Part shown: in pieces, positions 9,001 through 14,132 of the stretch
How positions within the stretch are numbered: position 1 is the stretch's first letter
Layout: every line of letters starts with the position of its first letter
Origin: a virus
Lineage: Duplodnaviria > Heunggongvirae > Uroviricota > Caudoviricetes
Reading direction: 5' to 3' (one strand)
IMG/VR virus record: IMGVR_UViG_2534682295_000006
DNA: 14,132 nt
Notes under the pieces: generated by a model
Seen by the model: only the letters and a program-made list of their open reading frames with translations
Told to the model about the DNA's origin: nothing
The model's database searches: none
Translations under genes and position numbers: made by a program

Positions 9001-9079
9001 AAGTTCAATGATATTCGCTCTTGAATGTACTGTCAGTTCTGTTATAGCATGTACTCAAAGTTCACATTGTGAGGGTGAT
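9001..9079. promoter_or_regulatory. Divergent racR / ydaS promoter-operator region
   Basis: Two direct copies of ATGTACT (9025-9031, 9049-9055) flank a plus-strand promoter candidate: -35 TTGAAT 9021-9026, -10 TATAGC 9043-9048. GAGGGTGAT Shine-Dalgarno precedes the ydaS ATG at 9080. Confidence 0.5.
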
Positions 9080-9334
9080 ATGAACCAGAAAACACTTGAA
9101 GATGTAATCAAAACTGTTCGCGTTTCTGTTGTGGCCGACGTTTGTGGTGTCAGCCAAAGAGCAATCTACAAATGGATGGATAACGGTAAATTGCCTCGCA
9201 CAGAATATACCGGCGAAACAAATTACGCTGAAAAAATCGCTCATGCATCAAACGGATTATTTTCTGCCGATGCAATTTTAACTATTGGCAGAAATAAAAC
9301 TACTACGAAAAAGCTGATGGGAGTTGATTCATGA
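9080..9334 (+). CDS. ydaS: YdaS, Cro-like HTH protein, 84 aa from ATG at 9080; the track ORF starts at 9008
   Basis: Strong Shine-Dalgarno GAGGG before ATG 9080. Using 9008 would leave only 7 bp between the divergent genes. Stop overlaps the ydaT start (ATGA). Confidence 0.82.
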   Translation: MNQKTLEDVIKTVRVSVVADVCGVSQRAIYKWMDNGKLPRTEYTGETNYAEKIAHASNGLFSADAILTIGRNKTTTKKLMGVDS

Positions 9335-9753
9335 AAATCAAGCATGAGCACATCGAATCAGTGTTGTTAGCCCTGGCAGCCGAAAAAGGGCAGGCGTGGG
9401 TCGCTAACGCAATTACTGAAGAATATCTGCGCCAGGGGGGCGGCGAATTGCCCCTGGTACCAGGCAAGGACTGGAACAATCAGCAGAATATCTATCATCG
9501 TTGGTTGAAAGGTGAAACGAATGCGCAAAGGGAAAAAATTCAGAAACTGATCCCTGCGGTTCTGGCAATTCTTCCTCGCGAGCTGCGTCACCGACTCTGC
9601 ATCTTCGATACCCTGGAACGCCGTGCATTACTGGCGGCACAGGATGCACTGAGTACGGCAATTGATGCGCATGATGATGCAGTCCAGGCCGTTTACCGTA
9701 AAGCACATTTCAGCGGCGGCGGTTCTCCTAGCGATTCTGTCGTAGTGCATTGA
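9331..9753 (+). CDS. ydaT: YdaT, Rac prophage toxic protein, 140 aa
   Basis: Track ORF of 140 aa starting MKIKHEHIESVLLALAAEKGQ, matching recalled YdaT length. Translationally coupled to ydaS. Confidence 0.88.
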   Translation: MKIKHEHIESVLLALAAEKGQAWVANAITEEYLRQGGGELPLVPGKDWNNQQNIYHRWLKGETNAQREKIQKLIPAVLAILPRELRHRLCIFDTLERRALLAAQDALSTAIDAHDDAVQAVYRKAHFSGGGSPSDSVVVH

Positions 9754-9766
9754 TTGAAATTAATCG

Positions 9767-9788
9767 TACCGAACTGTTTTGTTCGGTA
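9767..9788 (+). other. Stem-loop TACCGAAC-TGTTTT-GTTCGGTA after the ydaT stop
   Basis: Perfect 8-bp inverted repeat with 6-nt loop read directly. Sits 14 nt after the ydaT stop and just upstream of the first GTAACGC dyad. Confidence 0.3.
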
Positions 9789-9798
9789 TCAGTTAAAT

Positions 9799-9817
9799 GT
9801 AACGCTGCGAGCGTTAC
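9799..9817. repeat. Dyad repeat 1, GTAACGCT-GCG-AGCGTTAC, just upstream of the ydaU start
   Basis: 19-bp element with perfect 8-bp arms read directly. Same core as the two copies inside ydaU. Confidence 0.6.
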
Positions 9818-9830
9818 AAGGTGAAAACAA

Positions 9831-10619
9831 ATGGCTTCAAACTGGATAAAGCTCGAAGTTATTACGCCGGATAAGCCGGAAATATTCAGGCTTGCTGAGA
9901 TTCTGAATATTGATCCAGATGCCGCATTAGGGAAAGTCATTCGCTTCTGGGCATGGGCGGATCAACAAATGATAGACGGTAACGCAGAGTGTAACGCTCG
10001 CGGCGTTACAAAAAGTGCAATAGATCGCATCACTTTTATGGCTGGTTTTGCTGATGCGTTAATTCAGGTTGGATGGCTGGTCGAAACTAATGGTGTGTTG
10101 TCGCTTCCTAACTTTGAGCGCCATAACGGGAAAAGCTCTAAAAAACGGGCGGTTACAAACGAGAGAGTAACAAAAATACGAGAACTGAAACGAAAAGGTA
10201 ACGCTGCCAGCGTTACAAAAACGGATCAAAAAGCGTTACCAGAGGAAGAGAAAGAGGAAGATATAAATACTTATCTCCCCCTAAATCCCCCTCGCCAAAA
10301 ACGAGCGTCTAAAAAATTCGAACCGGAGGCTATCGAGCTGCCTGACTGGTTGCCGGAAACACTCTGGCATGAGTGGGTTCAGTTCAGGCAGGCATTGCGA
10401 AAACCGATTCGAACGGAGCAGGGCGCTAACGGGGCGATACGGGAGCTGGAAAAATTCCGCCAGCAGGGTTTTTCACCTGAGCAGGTGATTCGACACAGCA
10501 TCGCCAATGAATACCAGGGCTTGTTCGCGCCGAAAGGTGTTCGGCCAGAGACGTTGCTCCGACAGATTAACACCGTCTCGTTTCCGGACAGTGCGATCCC
10601 GCCAGGCTTCAGGGGGTAA
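9831..10619 (+). CDS. ydaU: YdaU, putative lambda O-like replication initiator, 262 aa
   Basis: Track ORF; an in-frame stop sits 2 codons upstream of the ATG. Directly upstream of the DnaC-like ydaV. Contains dyad repeats and an AT-rich linker. Confidence 0.85.
   Translation: MASNWIKLEVITPDKPEIFRLAEILNIDPDAALGKVIRFWAWADQQMIDGNAECNARGVTKSAIDRITFMAGFADALIQVGWLVETNGVLSLPNFERHNGKSSKKRAVTNERVTKIRELKRKGNAASVTKTDQKALPEEEKEEDINTYLPLNPPRQKRASKKFEPEAIELPDWLPETLWHEWVQFRQALRKPIRTEQGANGAIRELEKFRQQGFSPEQVIRHSIANEYQGLFAPKGVRPETLLRQINTVSFPDSAIPPGFRG
9991..10009. repeat. Dyad repeat 2, GTAACGC-TCGCG-GCGTTAC, inside ydaU, with an extra half-site GGTAACGC at 9978-9985
   Basis: Read directly. Encodes the NARGVTK peptide segment. 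Confidence 0.6.
10198..10216. repeat. Dyad repeat 3, GTAACGCTG-C-CAGCGTTAC, inside ydaU
   Basis: Perfect 9-bp arms read directly. Further half-sites at 10151-10157 (GGTTAC), 10167-10172 (GTAACA) and 10233-10239 (GCGTTAC). Confidence 0.6.
10241..10290. other. 20-nt all-purine tract, then an AT-rich segment and two C5 runs; candidate DNA-unwinding element of the origin
   Basis: AGAGGAAGAGAAAGAGGAAG (10241-10260), ATATAAATACTTATCT (10261-10276), CCCCCTAAATCCCCCT. Lies immediately after the dyad cluster, as in lambda ori. Confidence 0.45.
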
Positions 10620-10625
10620 CAGACC

Positions 10626-11372
10626 ATGAAAAATATTGCGACAGGCGGCGTTCTGGAACGTATCCGCAGACTGGCCCCGCCACATGTAACCGCGCCATTC
10701 AGGACGGTGGCGGAGTGGCGCGAGTGGCAACTTGCAGAAGGCCAGAAACGTTGTGAGGAGATCAACCGTCAGAATCGTCAGTTGCGGGTGGAAAAAATCC
10801 TGAATCGCTCCGGCATACAGCCGTTGCACCGCAAATGCTCGTTTGCGAATTACCAGGTGCAGAACGACGGCCAGCGATACGCGTTGAGTCAGGCGAAATC
10901 TATCGCTGACGAACTGGTTACCGGATGCACAAATTTCGCGTTCAGCGGAAAACCTGGTACCGGAAAAAACCATCTGGCGGCGGCTATCGGGAATCGCCTG
11001 CTGAAAGATGGCCAGACAGTGATTGTGGTTACCGTGGCTGATGTTATGAGCGCCCTGCACGCCAGCTATGACGACGGGCAGTCAGGCGAAAAATTTTTGC
11101 GGGAACTGTGCGAAGTTGATCTGCTGGTTCTTGATGAAATTGGTATTCAGCGCGAGACGAAAAACGAGCAGGTGGTACTGCACCAGATTGTTGATCGCCG
11201 GACAGCGTCAATGCGCAGCGTGGGGATGCTGACAAACCTGAACTATGAGGCCATGAAAACATTGCTCGGCGAGCGGATTATGGATCGCATGACCATGAAC
11301 GGCGGGCGCTGGGTGAATTTTAACTGGGAGAGCTGGCGCCCGAATGTTGGTCAGCCAGGTATTGAGAAGTAA
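10626..11372 (+). CDS. ydaV: YdaV, DnaC/IstB-like AAA+ helicase loader, 248 aa
   Basis: Track ORF. Walker [11 protein letters not shown] and Walker B LLVLDEIG. Length matches recalled YdaV. Confidence 0.9.
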   Translation: MKNIATGGVLERIRRLAPPHVTAPFRTVAEWREWQLAEGQKRCEEINRQNRQLRVEKILNRSGIQPLHRKCSFANYQVQNDGQRYALSQAKSIADELVTGCTNFAFSGKPGTGKNHLAAAIGNRLLKDGQTVIVVTVADVMSALHASYDDGQSGEKFLRELCEVDLLVLDEIGIQRETKNEQVVLHQIVDRRTASMRSVGMLTNLNYEAMKTLLGERIMDRMTMNGGRWVNFNWESWRPNVGQPGIEK

Positions 11373-11394
11373 TTTTTACCGGGAGGAAATTTTA

Positions 11395-12156
11395 ATGGAG
11401 ACCGTTTTTGACGCACTGAAAGCGATGGGAAAAGCCACGTCGGTAGAACTGGCTACGCGACTTGATATCAGTCGAGAAGAAGTGCTGAACGAGCTGTGGG
11501 AACTGAAAAAGGCTGGCTTCGTTGATAAAAGCGTATACACCTGGCGCGTGGCTGATAACAACGTTCAGCAGGAACAGCCAGCGCCGGCAGAGCTGCCGGA
11601 AGAAACCACCATGGCAACAGTAGCGAAAATCTCAGAGTGCGATTTAACCGCGACGATTGAACAACGTGGCCCACAAACGGCGGATGAGTTGGCTACATTG
11701 TTCGGTACCACATCACGCAAAGTAGCTTCAACGCTGGCAATGGCTATCAGCAAAGGACGCCTGATTCGCGTAAACCAGAACGGTAAATTTCGTTACTGCA
11801 TACCGGGCGATAATTTACCAGCAGAGCCGAAAGCAGCATCGGTAGCGGAAACTGATGGTAAGGCCTTTCCTCAGCCCACAGGTGTTGCGTTACCAGTACA
11901 GGAGGCTGCAACACAGGAAGATATTAAAACAGAAACGGTGGCGGACATTGTGCAGTCGCTGCCATCGTTTACTGAAACGCGAGCGGATGACCTGGTTTTA
12001 CCATCGCTGCATATGGCAAACCGCGAACTGCGTCGGGCGAAAAATCATGTCCAGAAGTGGGAGCGAGTCTGCGCCGCGCTGCGGGAGCTGAACAAGCACC
12101 GGGATATTGTTCGACAGATTTTCGATTCCTCCAGTCGTATTGTGTCGGAAAAGTGA
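11395..12156 (+). CDS. ydaW: YdaW-like protein with two tandem winged-helix-like segments, apparently full length at 253 aa
   Basis: Shine-Dalgarno GGGAGG 11381-11386 precedes ATG 11395. The track ORF starts at 11344, inside ydaV. K-12 ydaW is a truncated pseudogene as I recall. Confidence 0.75.
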   Translation: METVFDALKAMGKATSVELATRLDISREEVLNELWELKKAGFVDKSVYTWRVADNNVQQEQPAPAELPEETTMATVAKISECDLTATIEQRGPQTADELATLFGTTSRKVASTLAMAISKGRLIRVNQNGKFRYCIPGDNLPAEPKAASVAETDGKAFPQPTGVALPVQEAATQEDIKTETVADIVQSLPSFTETRADDLVLPSLHMANRELRRAKNHVQKWERVCAALRELNKHRDIVRQIFDSSSRIVSEK

Positions 12157-12171
12157 TTGCCGGAGGCACCT

Positions 12172-12594
12172 ATGGCAAAAGTATTTACACCAGAAGAGCG
12201 GGAAAAAATTAAAGGGCAGGTTGTTGAACTTGTACGTCTGAGCGGTCGCGAGACGTTACGGGCTCTGGAGGCTAAAACCGGTGCATCAAGGTATTACATA
12301 AGCACTCTCGCCAGAGAACTGGTCGCCAGTGGTGATGTTTACAATTCAGGCTACGGATTATTCCCGTCTGAGCAGGCGCGTAAAGACTGGCAAAACGCCC
12401 GCAAAAAACTATCAAGGGCAAAGGTGAAGAAACCGGTTGTGGTTGATCCGGATCTTATCTGGTCATTACCAGACGGAGAAATACGCCGCTACGACAGGCG
12501 TCTGAACATAATCTGTAGCGAGTGCCGGAAGAGCGAAGCTATGCAGCGTGTACTGGCTTTCTATCAGGGTAATTTTCAGAAGGTGCTGTTGTGA
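12172..12594 (+). CDS. Hypothetical phage protein, 140 aa, possible HTH near the N-terminus
   Basis: Shine-Dalgarno GGAGG 12162-12166 precedes ATG 12172 (MAKVFTPEEREKIKG). The track ORF uses a TTG at 12157. Not recognised. Confidence 0.65.
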   Translation: MAKVFTPEEREKIKGQVVELVRLSGRETLRALEAKTGASRYYISTLARELVASGDVYNSGYGLFPSEQARKDWQNARKKLSRAKVKKPVVVDPDLIWSLPDGEIRRYDRRLNIICSECRKSEAMQRVLAFYQGNFQKVLL

Positions 12595-12699
12595 GCCAAA
12601 TTAACAATCGGAACTTCGTGAAGAGAAAGCATAATCCAAATCTGAATAATTAAGTTCAGCACTGTAAATAAAATTTAATCCTTAACTGGAGGTATATTT

Positions 12700-12912
12700 A
12701 TGTTAAATACACAGAAAGCCATTAATGCGGAAAAATATAACGAGTGGGCAAGAAAATTCTCTGAGCAGATTTTTAAAATTACTGGCGATGAGAATGCGGC
12801 AAAAAATGAATTAGAACCGTGGACGCCTGAAGGAGCCGACCCAAATTATTGCTGGAGGGAGGTTGATCCAGTTGATGCTGCAAATGAAGCTATGAGTTAT
12901 CACAACGATTAA
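12700..12912 (+). CDS. Hypothetical small acidic protein, 70 aa, in an AT-richer segment
   Basis: Shine-Dalgarno GGAGG 12687-12691 precedes ATG 12700. 14 Asp/Glu versus 7 Lys/Arg. Hand-counted GC is about 40 percent (85 of 213 nt). Confidence 0.6.
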   Translation: MLNTQKAINAEKYNEWARKFSEQIFKITGDENAAKNELEPWTPEGADPNYCWREVDPVDAANEAMSYHND

Positions 12913-12921
12913 TGTCAGGAG

Positions 12922-12937
12922 GCCGCCCGAAAGGGCG
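12922..12937 (+). terminator. Short GC stem-loop CCGCCC-GAAA-GGGCGG after the 70-aa gene
   Basis: 6-bp GC stem with GAAA tetraloop read directly. The downstream U-tract is weak (UAAUGAAUGG), so terminator function is uncertain. Confidence 0.3.
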
Positions 12938-13024
12938 GTAATGAATGGTCACATTATTTAGAAAAAATATCCGCGAAAGAGTAGAACAACAGAATTTCTG
13001 TTTCTCATTCTGTTTATCGTGTTG

Positions 13025-13162
13025 ATGATACCGATATCCCCGTTAATCCTAGTCTGGATAATCGGAAAAATAATTGAGCCAGTTATTGAATTGTATAACG
13101 ACGTGGTATGGGCGTCATTCAACACACTGCACAATAAAATTAATCCGTATAAGGAAAACTGA
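13025..13162 (+). CDS. Candidate small hydrophobic protein of about 45 aa (MIPISPLILVWIIGKIIEPVIELYNDVVWASFNTLHNKINPYKEN)
   Basis: Manual translation. The frame is open from 12962 and encodes FLFLILFIVL before the ATG, so GTG 13019 or TTG 13022 are alternative starts. Stop overlaps the next ATG (TGATATG). Confidence 0.35.
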   Translation: MIPISPLILVWIIGKIIEPVIELYNDVVWASFNTLHNKINPYKEN

Positions 13163-13163
13163 T

Positions 13164-13427
13164 ATGGCAACTTTGACAAAAAAAGAACGGGCATGGTTGA
13201 ACGAATTACAGGAAGTTCTTGATCGCTGTCCATCACCGAAAAAAATTGGCTTTTACACCATTGGCGATAAAAGCATTTACCTGTATGACCTACGCCGCAT
13301 GGATGAAATCATGGAGGCTCTTGATAATCGTTCGTCGATGGATTGGTGTGTTGCTGTTCATGATATGAATGCAGGGTTTGATGAAAAGATTTTGTTCCCC
13401 TCATCAGTTGAAAGCACTGCGGGTTAA
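13164..13427 (+). CDS. Hypothetical phage protein, 87 aa (MATLTKKERAWLNELQEVLDRCPSPKK...)
   Basis: Shine-Dalgarno AAGGAAAA 13151-13158 precedes ATG 13164. The track ORF 13074..13427 is the same frame extended upstream. Not recognised. Confidence 0.65.
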   Translation: MATLTKKERAWLNELQEVLDRCPSPKKIGFYTIGDKSIYLYDLRRMDEIMEALDNRSSMDWCVAVHDMNAGFDEKILFPSSVESTAG

Positions 13428-13437
13428 GGAGTAACAC

Positions 13438-13599
13438 ATGACCACTATTACCAAAGAACGTATTGAATTGTTCATTAAAAATCCGGTTGAAAACGGGCTT
13501 ACCCGTGGTGAACAAATGGAACTGGCACGGATTGCGCTGGCATCGCTGGAAGCAGAGCCAGTTGGTGATTTTTATGAATACAAACCGGATGACTGGTAG
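13438..13599 (+). CDS. Hypothetical 53-aa ORF ending at a TAG that is in frame with the next ORF
   Basis: Shine-Dalgarno AGGAG 13427-13431 precedes ATG 13438: MTTITKERIELFIKNPVENGLTRGEQMELARIALASLEAEPVGDFYEYKPDDW. Under 60 aa, so absent from the track. Confidence 0.55.
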   Translation: MTTITKERIELFIKNPVENGLTRGEQMELARIALASLEAEPVGDFYEYKPDDW

Positions 13600-13665
13600 C
13601 AGCGTTCGGCTGGAGATAAAGCGCCAAAATGGACGCCACCCTATGCCGTTTTTCCAGCGCCCGTA

Positions 13666-13923
13666 GTGCCGGAAGAAATGGATTTGCTTACATGCCATCT
13701 CGATGGTGTAACTGAAACATATGCTGAGGGATGGAACGCTTGCCGCGCTGCCCTGCTTCAGGGCAAAGGGGAGCCCGGGAAACAAGTTCGCGAATTGACA
13801 ATGCTGGTTAAACAATTGGTTAGTCAACTGAAGAAAGCGAAACCGGGCTGCAAATTGCCGGATAAAGTGATGGACTACCTGGAGCGAAGCGGACTTATAA
13901 GCGTGGAGGATGTTTCACGATGA
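13666..13923 (+). CDS. Hypothetical ORF in the same frame as 13438..13599, with a weak own start (GTG 13666 or ATG 13678)
   Basis: Track ORF. No stop codon between the TAG at 13597-13599 and 13666; no convincing Shine-Dalgarno. Confidence 0.45.
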   Translation: MPEEMDLLTCHLDGVTETYAEGWNACRAALLQGKGEPGKQVRELTMLVKQLVSQLKKAKPGCKLPDKVMDYLERSGLISVEDVSR

Positions 13924-14003
13924 CCTGGCCTGAAGCATTCACAACGGTAGGAATTGCGATGGCGGTGGCGCTGGTTGTGTATTCGATTTGCCGCTGGGGA
14001 TAA
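13920..14003 (+). CDS. Candidate 27-aa single-helix hydrophobic peptide (MTWPEAFTTVGIAMAVALVVYSICRWG)
   Basis: Manual translation. Its ATG overlaps the upstream stop (ATGA). One predicted transmembrane-like stretch. Too short to call confidently. Confidence 0.3.
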   Translation: MTWPEAFTTVGIAMAVALVVYSICRWG

Positions 14004-14132
14004 AAACGGTTTGCGGGAAAAGGATAGTTAAGTAGAATTGCTGCGGGTGCTTGAGGCTATCTGCCTCGGGCATGCCACCGTAAGGCAGACAGAGAAAAGC
14101 CCCAGTTAACATTACGCGTCCTGCAAGACGCC

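Noticed and set aside
9001-9060. Possible N-terminal extension of racR
   Set aside because: An in-frame TGA lies 19 codons upstream of the ATG at 9000, with no ATG, GTG or TTG in between, so the 139-aa frame is the maximum here.
9008-9079. Longer ydaS start at 9008 used by the ORF track
   Set aside because: It would leave only 7 bp between divergent racR and ydaS and consume the operator/promoter region. The ATG at 9080 has a strong Shine-Dalgarno.
10379-11060. Minus-strand ORFs of 128 and 195 aa overlapping ydaU/ydaV
   Set aside because: Antisense to two well-supported replication genes; the Cys/Arg/Ser-rich translations are typical of shadow ORFs.
12958-13236. 92-aa minus-strand ORF
   Set aside because: It is antisense to two plus-strand ORFs that have ribosome-binding sites and start/stop coupling; its translation is low-complexity.
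13309-13827. 172-aa minus-strand ORF
   Set aside because: It is antisense to the coupled plus-strand genes at 13164-13923 and has an unusual F/Q/N/C-rich composition. No start context was seen.
1-14132. CRISPR arrays, tRNA or rRNA genes, IS elements
   Set aside because: No regularly spaced direct repeats, no cloverleaf-like conserved segments and no transposase-like ORF with terminal inverted repeats were seen. The only repeat families are the short dyads and the ATGTACT motifs reported above.

Overview
This window reads as the integrase-proximal arm of a Rac-like lambdoid prophage of Escherichia coli inserted at ttcA. Gene names are assigned by matching translations to K-12 Rac proteins recalled from memory; no database search was run. 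On the minus strand: ttcA, intR, xisR (ydaQ), ydaC, ralR, recT, recE, racC, ydaE, kilR, ydaF, ydaG and the repressor racR, with sieB embedded on the plus strand. On the plus strand to the right: ydaS, ydaT, ydaU, ydaV, an apparently full-length ydaW, then an AT-richer cluster of small unrecognised genes (12172-14003) that I do not recall in the K-12 Rac remnant. The strongest observations are an in-frame TGA inside ralR, a set of dyad-symmetric GTAACGC repeats plus an AT-rich tract inside ydaU that look like a lambda-type origin, a recurring ATGTACT motif in both regulatory regions flanking racR, and an in-frame amber codon splitting a right-arm ORF. No CRISPR array, tRNA, rRNA or IS element was seen. 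CDS coordinates include the stop codon.
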